From NCBI GenBank assembly GCA_025927475.1, contig JAICLL010000003.1, positions 33,857 to 97,856 of the forward strand: a stretch of DNA of 64,000 nt. Reading direction: 5' to 3'. The DNA comes from Pirellulales bacterium (GTDB lineage Bacteria; Planctomycetota; Planctomycetia; Pirellulales; JAICIG01). A program made the translations under genes and the position numbers. The notes beneath the pieces are model-generated. The model did no database searches and had not been told where the DNA came from. It was given only the letters and a program-made list of their open reading frames with translations. Below are positions 20,625 to 32,219 of this stretch, in pieces (the first letter of the stretch is position 1; each line of letters starts with the position of its first letter).

Positions 20625-23600
20625 ATGATCGCGCGGCGGAAATCGCGAGGCTTGTTTCTGCTTGTCGGTGTCGCGGTGGGCGGCGTTTCGTTGGCCTTGA
20701 TCGTCGTTGGCTGGCAATGGCGGGCGCATGCGGTGGCCGCGGGGGCGCATGGGCCTCAGGCGCCCGGTTCGCTCGCCAATAACCATCAATCGCCTCAACC
20801 GCCGCGCAAGCCGCCGGAACTTGCCAGGCAGGTCGCCGGGCCGGCGGGACGCATCGTTGCTGTGCATCTGGCTTGGCCAGGTTCAACCGGCGGCGGCCTG
20901 GCGGATGGAATCGAAGGCCTCCTGCCCGCCGGTCAAGACGCTGATGTTGTTTGGGCCCGCAACCAACTGTTTCTGCTGAAGAAACAGGGGCATCTCGATC
21001 TGGCTTGGACGGCCGCGAACGTCAACGATTCGTTTCGGGCCCCGGAAAGCGGCGGCACCTGCGTCTGTTTCGATGGGAAATATGTTTGGGCGTCGCTCAT
21101 GCGACATCGCCAAGCCCCGTTGCTGGTTGTTCTCGATCCACAGAACGGCAAGACTTGGACGTTCGGTCCCGAAGACGGACTGCCTGTCGATCACGCCAAT
21201 GGCCAGCCGCCGAGTAGCGGCGATCCTTATTTGCTGGTAGGGCCGCTCGGTCCCGGCAAAGCCTGTCTGGCATATTGCACGGCAACGTCGCAGTCGCCCC
21301 CAGCCGTGCCCGGCGGGGCGGCCCAGGTTCGTCTTGGGGCGGCTCGCTTGGCCCGCGCCGAGTTCGATCCGGCGCAAGGGGCGTCGTTCCATGTCTTTCT
21401 GTCGCCCGGGCCATCGGCCGCCGGGATTGCCTCGCCGCCAGACGCGCCGCGACTTGAACGACCCGTGGCCCTCTATTCCTTGTCGGCGACCGATGGAGCG
21501 GGTGGCAAGCCCGTGCGGCGGATTGCGATCATGCGGAGCTTGCGTAGTTTTAAAGACACGCCGCTGCTGATCGATCCAGAAACTCTGGCTCATGAGTTCG
21601 CATCGAACAATGCGACCGCCATGCCCATCAATAACTCGCGCATCGCCAGCTTAAACGGCGCTCTGTACTGGCTTAGCCAGCCTTTTGAGCAGTCGCTCAA
21701 GTTTCTTTTAACGCGCGCCGCCCCGCCGAGGCTGGATGAGGAGCTTGTGCTCGATAACATGCCCGAAGGAAAACCAGTGGCCTATCGGGATGGCTTGGCT
21801 TTCCTGGGTGAGAAGTGTTGGTTCTGGAAGCCCGGCGGGCAGACGCTCGAGGTCATCGACGTGCAAGTGCCCTGGTCGTTCTCTTCCAGTCTGCGTCCGC
21901 AGCGGCCGTCAGAAATTCCGACCGGCGAGCAATGGGAGTTGCGCGGGGTGTTCGCCAGCCAGGTTTACGGCGTGCTCGCCACGGCAGTTAAAAAGACCGG
22001 CGGCAACAGGTACGCCGAAACCCTTCGGTTTTTCCAGTTCGCCATGGCCGACGATCCGCGCATCACGCCCGACTCGCCGCCGCCGGTGGAAAAGCCAACT
22101 TTGGCGGTGGATCTGCCGCCGGGCACGGCCGGCAGCGAACTGAGCGTGTATGCCGGCGATGCGAATGGGGCGGCGCCCACGGTCCGCTTGGGCAGCGTCG
22201 TCGAGACGGCGGCCGACCAGAACCTGCGCTATCCGATTTTAGCGCGAGAGATCGTTCGGCAGGCGCTGCTGATTGCCGCGCGCGATCAATTGCAATGGGG
22301 CACGCGCGACCAGATCTTGGGCGAGGATCCGCAGGACGAAGCTTCGCCAGCCTCAAAGCTCGTCGTTTCGATGCGGTTTCCGCACACCGGCGCCAGCGAA
22401 TTTGATCTGCGGCGCATCGCTGGCGCAAAGGGCGCCGCGGCGATCTGGAAAGAGCAACTCGTCCTGAACCAGCAACATGACGAGCCGCTCGATTATGGCC
22501 GATTGGTCGAAGCGGCCGAGCGCTGGTCGCGCGAGGCGTTTCCGGCTCTGCTCACTCAGCAGCAATTGAGCGGCGAGCCGGTCGCTTTGTCCGACGATGC
22601 GCCGCTCTCGGCGGCGGCCGAGGGTTGGCTGAAGCAGATGGCCTTTACGGCCCAGTTCGTCGTCGTGCGTGACCTACACCGCGCCATCCGCCGACAAGGC
22701 GAATCGGACGAATTGCTGGCAGCGCTGGCTCGCGCCTACGCCAACCTGGGCGTGTTGAGCGAATTCCACTGGAACTCGGCCCACAAGGCGCTCAAAGCCC
22801 GCTCGCTCTTGTACGCCCAGCGATATGTAGCGCGAAAACCGCAATCGCCCGATGCGCTTTGGAATCGCGCCTATGCCAAAGGCCTGGCCGGGCTGCACGA
22901 CGCGGCGCTTGCCGATCTGGAGTCGGCCGAGAAGCTGCGGGCCGCGCAGGCCGACGCGGGGCCGCGACCGCCCTGGGTCGACATCCTCGGCGCCTATTGC
23001 CGATTCGAGACCGACAAGCTGGCCGAGTTTGCCCAGCAGGGCGACTACGCGCCGCTGGCCGCGCTATTGCAGTTCTTCCACGTCGAAAGTCTGAAAGAAT
23101 CGGTGGCGGTGCAGACGCTGGCCCGGCGCCTTTTGGAAGAAAACCCCGAAGACTTCCGGCTGTATGATGCGATGTGCGACAGTTGCGCGATCGACACGTT
23201 GCACGTGGTCACGCAATTGGCGCCCGCCGTGCTCAACGCGACGGCGGCCGCGCGGCTGGGGCAGCTTTCCGCGTTGCCCGCCGCCACCACCGAGTTGTTG
23301 CATCGCCCGGCGGACAACCCGGCCAGCCTGGCGGAATTGATCGAATCGCTCTTGGCGTCCCCCGTGGCGGACGACCAAGGCGAGCTTTCCTGGCGCCTGC
23401 TCGGCCGGCTGCTGCAAGAAACCGAGTTCATTCAGCTTTGGCGGCGCGTGTACTTCATGCGGTTTCAATGGGCGGTGCCGGCAGACGACTTCATTGCCGC
23501 GATCGAAGGCGTGGCGAGCACCCACCGCTACCGCCCGCTGATCGACGCCTGCTCGCTCAATTCCGCCCGGGCGCAGGCGGCCGCCGAAGCGCTGTCTGCC

Positions 23601-24956
23601 CGGCTGTCGCTGGAGGAACTTGAATACCCTCAGCTACGCGCCTTTCAGCACACGATGCGTCAAGTCTGGCAAACGCACTCGCCCGATCAGTATGCCCAGG
23701 CCGAGCAGCGGGCTGCCTTGCACACCGACGACGTGCACCGCGATCTGCTCGGGCGGCTGGAATATGAGCAATGGCGCGCCGTGGGAAACCTGGCGTCGCG
23801 GCTGAATCGGGTTAGTTCGCGCAGTCCCGATGCGGTGGCGGCGACCATCCGCCAGAACCATTCCATCGACGCCGGCATGCAGACCGCGCTGGAGGCGAAA
23901 TTCGCCGGCAGCGCGCAGTTCTGGAAGGTCGTCGCCGAGAACTCGCACGCCGCCGATCAGCGCCAGAAGTCCCTGCGGCGGTACATCGACCTCTCGCCCG
24001 ACGCCTGGGCCTACCGGCAGCTCGCCGAGCAGTTCCGGCAAGCGGGCAAGATTGACCAGTGGAAGGCCACGCTCGATGAATGCTTGCAGCAGCCGGAGTT
24101 CGGTCTGGAGCATGCGGGTTTGCGCGTGAACATCGCCAACTATTTCATGGATCAAGGCCAGTGGGAGCAAGCGCGTCCGTATGCCGCAGCGGCGGCCGAG
24201 ACCTGGGCCGAGTGGGCCATGCTGTGCGCCATTCGGTGCTATCAAGGCTTGGGTGACGACGAGCAAGAAGGTGTCTGGCGAGCTCGGGTCGCCGAGCGCT
24301 ATCCCAAAGTGCGGCACTCGCTTGACTATTATGTCTGGGCCCGCCGCACCGGTCAGGGCAACGCCGAGCAGTTGCTGCCGGCGCTCGATCCACAAATCGC
24401 CGCCGTCGCGGAGAAGACGGAGCCAAAATCGCAGTACATCATCGGTTTGTTTTATCAGCTCAGCAAACGACCGCAGCCGGCGCTGGCCGCGTATCAAAAA
24501 GGCGCCGGAGATCATCGCGATCTACGTGTGGCCTGCTTCGATGGCTTGTGGGCAGCCGCGTTGGCCCAGGAGTTGGGCAATCCCGCTGTGCGTGACGCCG
24601 CCCTGCAACAGATCACCAAGCTGGCAGGTCCCCAGGCGGCCAGCTATCGCGAGCTAGCGCAGTGGGTGCAGCGGCTCGTCGCCGAAGGCGGCAAATCGAT
24701 CGACTTGGCCCAGGCCGAGCAGATGGCGAGCAACGCGCCGCGGAATGATCGGGCCGCGTTGTGCAGTGTCATCGCACGCTTTCTGGAACTGAGCGAACGG
24801 ACCGACGACGCGCTGAAGTTTTACTGGAAGGCCGTCGCCGAGCCGGCGCCGCGTTTCGCGGCCAGTTATGCGCTGGCCTGCGCGGCGCTGCGCGATCGCG
24901 GGCTCGACCCGCGCCAAGGCCCCGCGACGACCAAAGCTGATGCGAAAGGCGATTGA
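20625..24956 (+). CDS. Large membrane-anchored protein with a beta-rich N-terminal region and helical TPR-like C-terminal region
   Basis: AAGGAGG RBS; N-terminal TM (LFLLVGVAVGGVSLALIVVGW); TPR-like segments such as AWAYRQLAEQFRQAGKIDQWKATLDECL and IANYFMDQGQWEQARPYA. Confidence 0.75.
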   Translation: MIARRKSRGLFLLVGVAVGGVSLALIVVGWQWRAHAVAAGAHGPQAPGSLANNHQSPQPPRKPPELARQVAGPAGRIVAVHLAWPGSTGGGLADGIEGLLPAGQDADVVWARNQLFLLKKQGHLDLAWTAANVNDSFRAPESGGTCVCFDGKYVWASLMRHRQAPLLVVLDPQNGKTWTFGPEDGLPVDHANGQPPSSGDPYLLVGPLGPGKACLAYCTATSQSPPAVPGGAAQVRLGAARLARAEFDPAQGASFHVFLSPGPSAAGIASPPDAPRLERPVALYSLSATDGAGGKPVRRIAIMRSLRSFKDTPLLIDPETLAHEFASNNATAMPINNSRIASLNGALYWLSQPFEQSLKFLLTRAAPPRLDEELVLDNMPEGKPVAYRDGLAFLGEKCWFWKPGGQTLEVIDVQVPWSFSSSLRPQRPSEIPTGEQWELRGVFASQVYGVLATAVKKTGGNRYAETLRFFQFAMADDPRITPDSPPPVEKPTLAVDLPPGTAGSELSVYAGDANGAAPTVRLGSVVETAADQNLRYPILAREIVRQALLIAARDQLQWGTRDQILGEDPQDEASPASKLVVSMRFPHTGASEFDLRRIAGAKGAAAIWKEQLVLNQQHDEPLDYGRLVEAAERWSREAFPALLTQQQLSGEPVALSDDAPLSAAAEGWLKQMAFTAQFVVVRDLHRAIRRQGESDELLAALARAYANLGVLSEFHWNSAHKALKARSLLYAQRYVARKPQSPDALWNRAYAKGLAGLHDAALADLESAEKLRAAQADAGPRPPWVDILGAYCRFETDKLAEFAQQGDYAPLAALLQFFHVESLKESVAVQTLARRLLEENPEDFRLYDAMCDSCAIDTLHVVTQLAPAVLNATAAARLGQLSALPAATTELLHRPADNPASLAELIESLLASPVADDQGELSWRLLGRLLQETEFIQLWRRVYFMRFQWAVPADDFIAAIEGVASTHRYRPLIDACSLNSARAQAAAEALSARLSLEELEYPQLRAFQHTMRQVWQTHSPDQYAQAEQRAALHTDDVHRDLLGRLEYEQWRAVGNLASRLNRVSSRSPDAVAATIRQNHSIDAGMQTALEAKFAGSAQFWKVVAENSHAADQRQKSLRRYIDLSPDAWAYRQLAEQFRQAGKIDQWKATLDECLQQPEFGLEHAGLRVNIANYFMDQGQWEQARPYAAAAAETWAEWAMLCAIRCYQGLGDDEQEGVWRARVAERYPKVRHSLDYYVWARRTGQGNAEQLLPALDPQIAAVAEKTEPKSQYIIGLFYQLSKRPQPALAAYQKGAGDHRDLRVACFDGLWAAALAQELGNPAVRDAALQQITKLAGPQAASYRELAQWVQRLVAEGGKSIDLAQAEQMASNAPRNDRAALCSVIARFLELSERTDDALKFYWKAVAEPAPRFAASYALACAALRDRGLDPRQGPATTKADAKGD

Positions 24957-24959
24957 CCG

Positions 24960-25613
24960 ATGATTCTATCGAACTCGCTCTTGCTTGCGATGCTGGTGGT
25001 GGTCTGCCTGCTGTTTGGGATCGTCGCCGCGGCGCTTGCCGCACGCAAGGGATATAGCTTCGCCGCGTGGTTCGGGGCGGGCGGGCTCGTGTTGCTGGCC
25101 GCGATCGCACTCGGGTTTCTTCCCAGCGTGCGAGATCCGTCGCTTCCGCCCGCGGAGCGTGAAAAGGCGCTCGCTCGGGGAAATCTGATCGGGCTGGCGC
25201 TCTCGCTGCTGACCCTCTCGATGGCGTTTTTCGGCATCCTTGCCCGGCTGTTGGCGTTTTCCGTCGTCAGCGGCGGCGAGGAATCGCAGTTTTTTGAATA
25301 CTACTACGCGCCGGCCAATCAGTTTTTGACTTGGGTTCAGTTCCTGACGTTGGTCGTCGTGCTGTCTGCGTATGTGGCCAGCCCCCGCCATCCGAAATCG
25401 CTGGCAGTGGTGCTCTCCCTGGCTCTGCTCGCGCTGGTCGATCTGTATTTTTCGTTGGTCCCGCTTTTCGATCACCTGCCAATCGCCACCCGTCTGCCAG
25501 TGCAACTGAAATATTCGAGCGATTATTTCGCGCGCGTGCTCAGTTATTTCGGCATTGTTGGGCTATGCGTCGGCATCCTGTCGGCGCATAGGCCGAAGGC
25601 GTCAGTGGTTTGA
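24960..25613 (+). CDS. Integral membrane hypothetical protein
   Basis: About 6 hydrophobic segments; starts 3 nt after the TPR gene stop. Confidence 0.7.
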   Translation: MILSNSLLLAMLVVVCLLFGIVAAALAARKGYSFAAWFGAGGLVLLAAIALGFLPSVRDPSLPPAEREKALARGNLIGLALSLLTLSMAFFGILARLLAFSVVSGGEESQFFEYYYAPANQFLTWVQFLTLVVVLSAYVASPRHPKSLAVVLSLALLALVDLYFSLVPLFDHLPIATRLPVQLKYSSDYFARVLSYFGIVGLCVGILSAHRPKASVV

Positions 25614-25747
25614 GTGTCAAGGGCGTGCACCGCCCCGCGTCGAAGTGTATGCTGCCGCAGCAGATTCGAGGCAAGGCCTACGCATGGCAGGCGGCGGCGA
25701 GTATGCTGGTGACCATCCCGCCCGCACAATCCACCCGCCGGTGCCTT

Positions 25748-27775
25748 ATGATCGCGTCTCCCTCACCCGTTCGCCGTCAACGCTGCGCCCTGCCACGCGC
25801 GGTCGCGGCTGCGTTGCTCAGCATGGTCATGTGCCTGGCGGCGCGGGGCGCCGAACCGGCAAAGCCCGCGGCAAAACAGCGGCCGGCGAATCGACTCGCC
25901 AAAGAGACCAGCCCCTATCTGCTGCTACACGCCCACAACCCGGTCGATTGGCGCCCTTGGGGCGACGAAGCGCTGGCCAAGGCCAAGGCCGAGAACAAAC
26001 TGGTCTTTCTCTCGATCGGCTATTCAAGCTGCTATTGGTGCCACGTGATGGAACGCGAGTCGTTCCTGGACGACGAAGTGGCCGCGTTTCTCAACAAGCA
26101 CTTCATCTGCATCAAGGTCGATCGGGAAGAACGGCCCGACATCGACGAGATCTATATGTCGGCCTTGCACGCGCTGGGCCGGCCCGGCGGCTGGCCGCTG
26201 ACCATGTTTTTGACGCCCGACGCTCGGCCCTTCTTTGGCGGCACCTACTTTCCGCCCCGCGACAAGGAAGTGGCCGTTCCGCCCAAAGCGCCTGAGGACG
26301 CCGAGGCGCCAGGCGCCGAGGCGGGCGAGAAACAAACGATCACCGGGCTGCTGACACTGTTGGGGCTGGTCGAAAACGCCTGGCAAAACACGCCCGATGA
26401 TCTGCTGAAGGCCAGCGAGGCCCTGGCGGCCCATGTCAAGCGGACCTTGTCGCGGCAGTCGTTGACGCCCGGCCAGGTGACTGCTGACCTGGGCGACCAA
26501 GTGTTGGCCGGGCTGGTCGAGCAATACGACGCCAAATACGGCGGGTTTGGCTACAGTGCCGCCGAAAACCGGCGCCCCAAGTTTCCCGAGCCATCGAACT
26601 TGTTGTTTCTGCTCGACCGCGTGAAGCGCGACGACGACCAACAAGCTCGCAAGATGCTGGTTCACACGCTCGACATGATGGCCACCGGCGGCATGCGCGA
26701 CCACGTGGGCGGCGGCTTCCATCGTTACAGCACCGACCGCTTCTGGCGCATTCCACACTTCGAGAAGATGCTGTACGACAATGCCCAGTTGGCCACCGTG
26801 TATGCCGAAGCCGCGAAGCTGGCCGACCGCGATGACTTTCGCCAGGTGGCCCAAGAGATTTTGGAATTCATCGCCCGCGAAATGACCGACGCCAGCGGCG
26901 GGTTTTACGCGGCGCTCGATGCCGAGACCGACGGCGACGAAGGCGCCTATTATGTTTGGACGCGCGACCAGGTGCGCGCGGCGCTCGATGCCGATGAATA
27001 CGAACTGCTGGCCGACGCCTATGGCGTGTCGGGCGAGCCAAACTTCGAGGGCCGATATGTGTTGTTGCTGGCCCACCCGCTCAAAGAAACCGCCGCCAGG
27101 CATGGTCTTTCGCTGGCCGAGCTGAACGAACGGCTCGCCGGCGGGCGGAAAAAACTATTGGAAGTTCGCAATCGCCGCAAACGCCCGCTGACCGACACCA
27201 AGATTCTGACTGGTTGGAACGGCTTGATGATTCGCGGGCTGGCCGACGCCGGGCGTGCACTCGATGAACCCCAATACCTTGACGCCGCCGCGCGGGCCGC
27301 CCGCGCGGTGCTCACTCACCTTCGCACCGACGACGGCCGACTGTTGCATACTTATACGGCCGGCGAGGCCAAGCTGAACGCTTATCTCGACGATTACGCG
27401 TTTCTGGTCGATGGCTTGTTGGCCTTGCACGGCGCGACGGAAGACGAGCGCTGGCTGAAGGCGGCCGATGAATTCACCGAGCGGCAGATCGAGCTGTTTT
27501 GGGACGAACGGTCCGGTGGGTTCTTCTTCACCTCCGGCGACCACGAAGAGCTCTTTGCGCGCAGCAAAGACCCGGTCGATTCGGCTACGCCGTCGGGCAA
27601 TGCAGTGTCAGCCGGCAATCTGGCCCGGCTGGCGGCGCCATCTCAGCCCGATCAGCTCAAGCGCGCCGAACAAACCATTTCGGCCTTTGCGGGCTATCTG
27701 AACTCCAGCCCCGCCGCGATGCCGCGCATGGCCCTCTCCTGGCAGGCGGTGCTCGACGCCAAACGGGGCCAATAG
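25748..27775 (+). CDS. Thioredoxin-domain YyaL/SSP411 (DUF255) protein
   Basis: [68 protein letters not shown] and LDDYAF motifs; N-terminal signal-like segment. Confidence 0.93.
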   Translation: MIASPSPVRRQRCALPRAVAAALLSMVMCLAARGAEPAKPAAKQRPANRLAKETSPYLLLHAHNPVDWRPWGDEALAKAKAENKLVFLSIGYSSCYWCHVMERESFLDDEVAAFLNKHFICIKVDREERPDIDEIYMSALHALGRPGGWPLTMFLTPDARPFFGGTYFPPRDKEVAVPPKAPEDAEAPGAEAGEKQTITGLLTLLGLVENAWQNTPDDLLKASEALAAHVKRTLSRQSLTPGQVTADLGDQVLAGLVEQYDAKYGGFGYSAAENRRPKFPEPSNLLFLLDRVKRDDDQQARKMLVHTLDMMATGGMRDHVGGGFHRYSTDRFWRIPHFEKMLYDNAQLATVYAEAAKLADRDDFRQVAQEILEFIAREMTDASGGFYAALDAETDGDEGAYYVWTRDQVRAALDADEYELLADAYGVSGEPNFEGRYVLLLAHPLKETAARHGLSLAELNERLAGGRKKLLEVRNRRKRPLTDTKILTGWNGLMIRGLADAGRALDEPQYLDAAARAARAVLTHLRTDDGRLLHTYTAGEAKLNAYLDDYAFLVDGLLALHGATEDERWLKAADEFTERQIELFWDERSGGFFFTSGDHEELFARSKDPVDSATPSGNAVSAGNLARLAAPSQPDQLKRAEQTISAFAGYLNSSPAAMPRMALSWQAVLDAKRGQ

Positions 27776-29511
27776 CCGCGAGGTCGCTCGATCGTGACCT
27801 GGCGGCTGCGATTGAGCTCGTCAACATACGCGTCCAACTCGGTCCACGGCGTGAGCACGCTCTCTTGATAGGCGTTCGCCGCCGCCGTGTAGGCCGATTG
27901 CAGGTCGCTGGCGAAACTCATGCGGCGGACGCGCAACCGCCGATCGAGCAACTCGATCTGGTCGATCACGCGGAACGTTTCGGCGGCGCCGCCCGAAAAC
28001 TCAAAGCGGCGCGTGAGCCTGATGGGACAAGTCTTGCGCGGGGCAATCAACCGCCGCTGCAAGATTTGGCGCACCAGGCCGCGGCCCCAGCGGCCCACCG
28101 AAATCATGCCGAGGTGAAACGCGGCTTGCTTCAGCGGCGTGGCGGTTTCATGCCGGGCCCATCGCAAGAGTCCGCTGACCGTGAGTTCGGCGGCCGCGCT
28201 CGGCCCATCGGGCGGCGCCGAAGTATCGCCGTGCCAAAGAATTTGCCGCGTCAAATCGTGGCCCTGCGAGACGGCCTGGCGGCCGTCAGTGGTTTCAATG
28301 ATCAGGCCGGTATCGGTTTGCGGCCGATGGCCCCTGCGGCAATGTTTAAAGACGCCGCCTCGCGCCGCCGAAACAATGGTCGAGGCGTCGCTGGCCCGAA
28401 GCACCAGGACTCCGGCGTGCGGCAGATAGCGGAAGCCATTGGAAGAGCCGGCCACGAGGGCCGGGGCCACCGGGTCCGTTGAAGGGTTGCTCGGCGACGT
28501 GGCCGACCAGTCGAGATAGGCCTCGATCAGATTGCCCAAACGATGGGCGTACATGCGGTCGTCGTCAAAGGCGGCCAGCTTGCCGTTGCCCATGCTGTGC
28601 AAGAAGGCGTCGGCCAGTTCGGCGGCGTCGCGGCTCTGCCCGGCCAGCAGCTCGAAGCCGTGCGGGTAAAAGTGGTAGGTCCCCCGGCTGCCATACTCGC
28701 CGGCATAGCTGCCGTCGGCGTGTAAAAACAGCCGCGCGAAGCCGACGGCCCGCCGCAACGGCTCGTCGAGCGCGGCATCGCCGGTCAATTGCCGCAGCTT
28801 GGCCAGGGCGTCGATGGTGACCGTCTGATAGCCCGGATCGGCGCCGCCATACTCCTCGAACCACCCTTCCGAAGATTGCCAGGCGAGCACTCGCCGCACA
28901 CGCTCGTCGGCGTCCCGCCGGAAGCGGTCGTCGCCAGTGATGCGTGCGACGCGCGTCAGCCCGAGCGCCGCCAGCGCGTGATGATTGGCCAGTCGGCCGC
29001 TCTCGTCGTGCCGGGCGATCCAAACTGCCCGGCGCACCAGCCAGGCACGCACTTCGGCGTTGTCGAGCCGCAGCAGCTCATACGCCCGCGCGGCCGCTTG
29101 CAGCGAGAAGACCGCCGCGCCCAAGGCCCGTTCATAGGGATAATAGTCGTCGCACGAGCCATCGCGGTGGCTATGGCGTGCCGCGAACCGCAACGCGGCG
29201 ATCGCCAACTCGCGCACGCGCGGCTCGCCTTGCCAGCAGTTGGCCGGCAGCGGAGTGCAATACACCAGCGCCAGCGGCAGCACGGCCTCTTGATACATCT
29301 CGCTGGCGAAGCTGGCCGTGCGATAGTGCCAGAACTGCCGATCGAAGCAGCCGTAGGTCTTGTGATACGGATTGCGATCGACCGCGCCCAGCAACCGAGG
29401 GATTTGCGCCAGCGCGAGTGTCAGATAACGATCGCGCAGGGCAGGATCGCGGTGTGCCACCCGACATTCCGCACTCCGCAGCTCGCGGTTCGCAATTGAT
29501 TCATTCCGCAT
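27694..29511 (-). CDS. Conserved hypothetical protein, heparinase/alginate-lyase-like helical fold (polysaccharide-cluster type)
   Basis: [42 protein letters not shown] and GEYGSRGT motifs; downstream of a GT2 gene; start uncertain because the 5' end is heptamer-repeat derived. Confidence 0.65.
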   Translation of the reverse strand: MRNESIANRELRSAECRVAHRDPALRDRYLTLALAQIPRLLGAVDRNPYHKTYGCFDRQFWHYRTASFASEMYQEAVLPLALVYCTPLPANCWQGEPRVRELAIAALRFAARHSHRDGSCDDYYPYERALGAAVFSLQAAARAYELLRLDNAEVRAWLVRRAVWIARHDESGRLANHHALAALGLTRVARITGDDRFRRDADERVRRVLAWQSSEGWFEEYGGADPGYQTVTIDALAKLRQLTGDAALDEPLRRAVGFARLFLHADGSYAGEYGSRGTYHFYPHGFELLAGQSRDAAELADAFLHSMGNGKLAAFDDDRMYAHRLGNLIEAYLDWSATSPSNPSTDPVAPALVAGSSNGFRYLPHAGVLVLRASDASTIVSAARGGVFKHCRRGHRPQTDTGLIIETTDGRQAVSQGHDLTRQILWHGDTSAPPDGPSAAAELTVSGLLRWARHETATPLKQAAFHLGMISVGRWGRGLVRQILQRRLIAPRKTCPIRLTRRFEFSGGAAETFRVIDQIELLDRRLRVRRMSFASDLQSAYTAAANAYQESVLTPWTELDAYVDELNRSRQVTIERPRGYWPRLASSTACQERAMRGIAAGLEFR

Positions 29512-29522
29512 TCCGCACTCCT
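29465..29522 (-). repeat. Degenerate heptamer array (GARTGCG)
   Basis: Minus strand GAGTGCG GAATGCG GAATGAA..GCTGCG GAGTGCG GAATGTC. Confidence 0.55.
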
Positions 29523-29575
29523 CATAGCTCGCATCCGGCCCACCATAGGTTAGCGTCGAAGGGCGGGTCGATGTC

Positions 29576-29619
29576 GCGCCGCCTCCTGCGGAACGGCACG
29601 GAGTCCGTTCGCTACAGAC
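29576..29619 (-). repeat. REP family A copy
   Basis: GCGCCGCCTCCTGCGGAACGGCACGGAGTCCGTTCGCTACAGAC. Confidence 0.8.
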
Positions 29620-29663
29620 CTCGGCCGAGACGTTACCCGTCTCGTTCTCAAAGAACCGCGCTC

Positions 29664-30662
29664 CTATCGCCGTTGATGCGCCACAATCACTTCGGCCAGC
29701 AGCCCGAGCATGCAGGTCATAAAGCCCGCCACCATGACGACAATGTCCGACTCTTGCATGCTGCCGGTCGCCAGGCGGCTGTAGACGCTCTTGGCCACGC
29801 CCGCGGCGATCATCGTCGCGGCCAGCGGCAAAAAAACTTTCAACGGGCGGAAATAGAGCACCATCCGCAAGACCGTGCTCAAATAGGCCAGCGTATCTTT
29901 CACCGGATGAAACTTGCTGCGGCCGATCCGCGGTCGGTAAGGCGTGGGCACATACTTCACCGCATAGCCGTTGGTCAAAAAAGCCAGCGTCATGGTGGTC
30001 ACGCAACTAAAGCCATCGGGCACCACCCACAGCCACGGCAACATCGCCTCGCGCTTGAAGGCTTTCAGGCCGGTGTTCAGGTCGGGAATACGGCAGCCCG
30101 TCAGATAGCAGGCCAATTTGCGGATGGCCCATTTGGCGGGCCGCCGCAGCCAGCGGAGGGTTCCTTGTTCGCTGGTGCGCGCTCCGTTCACCTGGTCGTA
30201 GGCTGGAAACCAACGCAGCAGGTCAAGAATCGACGACGCCGGGTAGGAACCGTCGGCGTCGAGCATCACCACCACATTGCCGCGGGCCGCCCGAACGCCA
30301 ATTTTGCGGGCCGCCCCTGCCCCGCGGTTTTCGGGCGAACGAATCACGCGCAGCGGACACTGCCAGCAATCGGCGGCGAAACGCTCGGCCAGCTCCGCCG
30401 TGCGGTCGGTCGAGGCATCGTCGACCACGATGATTTCATACGTCAAGCTGCTGGCGGCCAGCACATCGACAATCTCGGTCAACACGCGCCCGATGGCCCG
30501 CTCTTCGTTGTAAGCCGGCAAGAGTACGGAAACCTCCAGCGCCGGCTCGGCGGCCAGCCGGTCGGAGGTGTGATACACCGAGGTGGCCGCAGCGGGTGGC
30601 AGTCGCAGGCCGAGTCGGTGAACAACAGTTTCCGGCGGTAGATCTGTGTGCAAACTGTCCAT
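29664..30662 (-). CDS. Family 2 glycosyltransferase (DPM/polyprenol-phosphate type)
   Basis: SVLLPAYNEE, IIVVDDASTD, NRGAGAA, MLDADGSY and DLNTGLKAF motifs; two C-terminal TM helices. Confidence 0.92.
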   Translation of the reverse strand: MDSLHTDLPPETVVHRLGLRLPPAAATSVYHTSDRLAAEPALEVSVLLPAYNEERAIGRVLTEIVDVLAASSLTYEIIVVDDASTDRTAELAERFAADCWQCPLRVIRSPENRGAGAARKIGVRAARGNVVVMLDADGSYPASSILDLLRWFPAYDQVNGARTSEQGTLRWLRRPAKWAIRKLACYLTGCRIPDLNTGLKAFKREAMLPWLWVVPDGFSCVTTMTLAFLTNGYAVKYVPTPYRPRIGRSKFHPVKDTLAYLSTVLRMVLYFRPLKVFLPLAATMIAAGVAKSVYSRLATGSMQESDIVVMVAGFMTCMLGLLAEVIVAHQRR

Positions 30663-30813
30663 GTCTGCGGTCCGCGGGCGGGATTCAGGCCATTCAAAGC
30701 CACCCTTCTAACACGCTGTTGGGCTAACGACCAAGACCAGTCCTTTCGTTGTCTTGGCCAGCCGCTCTATCGCCGCGGAAAACGAGACAGTAAACTTTGC
30801 CTGGAGGAACGGA

Positions 30814-31464
30814 ATGTCGCAAGAAATCGCCGAAGAGGCAAGCAGCGGCGTCGCCCCCGCGCCGCGGCGCGCCGGGTGGCTGCGGCGGCTCTATTATTGG
30901 GTGCTCGGTTGGGCTGACACGCCCTATGGCACGCCGGCCTTGGCCGCCCTGGCCTTTGCCGAAAGCTCGTTCTTCCCCATTCCGCCCGACGTGCTGCAGA
31001 TCGCCCTTTCGGTGGGCAGGCCGCGGCGTTCGTTCTACTTTGCGATGGTCAGCGCCGTGGCCTCCGTGCTGGGAGGCATCGCCGGCTGGTACATCGGCCG
31101 CGGACTGTGGTGGAGCGTCAGCGATTTCTTCTTCAACTTTGTGCCGGGCTTCAGCCACGAAAACTTCGATTACGTGCGGAAGGTTTACGACGACAACGCC
31201 TTCTGGGCCATTTTGGCGGCGGCCTTCACGCCGATTCCCTACAAGGTGTTTACCATCGGGGCGGGCGTATTCAACGTGTCGCTGCAAACGTTGATCGTGG
31301 CCTCGGTTTTAGGCCGTTCGGGGCGGTTTTTTCTCGTAGCAACCGCGATTTTCTTTTTCGGCGCCCGCGCCAAGGCGGTGCTCGAACGCCATTTCGAATG
31401 GTTGACGCTGCTGTTATTCGCCCTGGTGGCCGCCGGCTTTCTGGCCATTCGGCTGTTGCTGTAA
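30814..31464 (+). CDS. YqaA/DedA (VTT domain) membrane protein
   Basis: AFAESSFFPIPPDVL, ASVLGG..GWYIG, AAFTPIPYKVFTI and GRSGRFFLV motifs; GGAGG RBS. Confidence 0.9.
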   Translation: MSQEIAEEASSGVAPAPRRAGWLRRLYYWVLGWADTPYGTPALAALAFAESSFFPIPPDVLQIALSVGRPRRSFYFAMVSAVASVLGGIAGWYIGRGLWWSVSDFFFNFVPGFSHENFDYVRKVYDDNAFWAILAAAFTPIPYKVFTIGAGVFNVSLQTLIVASVLGRSGRFFLVATAIFFFGARAKAVLERHFEWLTLLLFALVAAGFLAIRLLL

Positions 31465-31526
31465 CGCTTGCCATTCGCTCCGCATCGTCGCCTTTCGCTG
31501 GAGCGAAAGTAGCGCAGGCGCGGCGG

Positions 31527-31604
31527 GTGGCACAGCCGCCCTCGGCGGTGCGTCGCCCGATGCCGTCGGCGTCGGCGAACCGGCAGAGGACGGCTGGCCC
31601 ACAT
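31527..31604. repeat. Inverted REP-like doublet, family D
   Basis: GTGGCACAGCCGCCCTCGGCGGTG (+) and ATGTGGGCCAGCCGTCCTCTG (-), between convergent genes. Confidence 0.6.
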
Positions 31605-31625
31605 GCCATGTTCGACGGTCAGAGG

Positions 31626-32219
31626 TCAATCATGTCCCCCTGAACCCCGCCCCCCGAATCCCGCCCCCTCTACTGCCCGAATCACCCGGCACGGATTCCC
31701 CGCGGCGAACACGCCTTCGCCAACATCGCGGGTCACGACGCTGCCGGCGCCGATGATCGAACGATCGCCGATCGCCACGCCGGGGCAGATAATCGCCCCG
31801 CCGCCGACCCAGACATCGGCGCCGATCTGCACGGGCTTGCCCGACTCGCGCGTCCGCCGCTGCTGGTGATCGAACGGATGCGTGGCCGCGTAAATCTGCA
31901 CGGCGGGACCAAACATCGTGTAATCGCCGATGGTCACCGGGCAGACATCGAGCACGACGCAGTTAAAGTTAAAAAACACCCGCTCGCCCAGCGAAATGTT
32001 CCACCCATAATCGCAATAAAACGGCGGCTGAATCCACGCGCTGTCGCCCCCACGCCCGAACAGCTCTTGCAGAAGACTGCGGCGCTGCTGCTGATCGGAT
32101 TCGCCGGTGGCGTTGAGCGCCTGGCACAGATCGCGGGCACGCACGCGCAACCGCGTCAATTCGGGGCAGAGCGGGTCGTACAGCTCGCCCGCCAACATTT
32201 TTTCGCGTTCGCTGCTCAT
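31626..32219 (-). CDS. maa: Sugar (maltose/galactoside) O-acetyltransferase
   Basis: EREKMLAGELY, PPFYCDYGWNI, hexapeptide repeats and AAGNPCRVIR. Confidence 0.92.
   Translation of the reverse strand: MSSEREKMLAGELYDPLCPELTRLRVRARDLCQALNATGESDQQQRRSLLQELFGRGGDSAWIQPPFYCDYGWNISLGERVFFNFNCVVLDVCPVTIGDYTMFGPAVQIYAATHPFDHQQRRTRESGKPVQIGADVWVGGGAIICPGVAIGDRSIIGAGSVVTRDVGEGVFAAGNPCRVIRAVEGAGFGGRGSGGHD

Noticed and set aside
27694-27775. Convergent 3' overlaps (82 bp here, 38 bp at 60213-60250)
   Set aside because: Such overlaps are common in high-GC genomes through stop-codon loss, and nothing indicates a function.
29512-30006. 770-aa version of the 27694 ORF
   Set aside because: The extension overlaps the GT2 gene in another frame and translates a REP (ERTPCRS), so it is not credible coding sequence.
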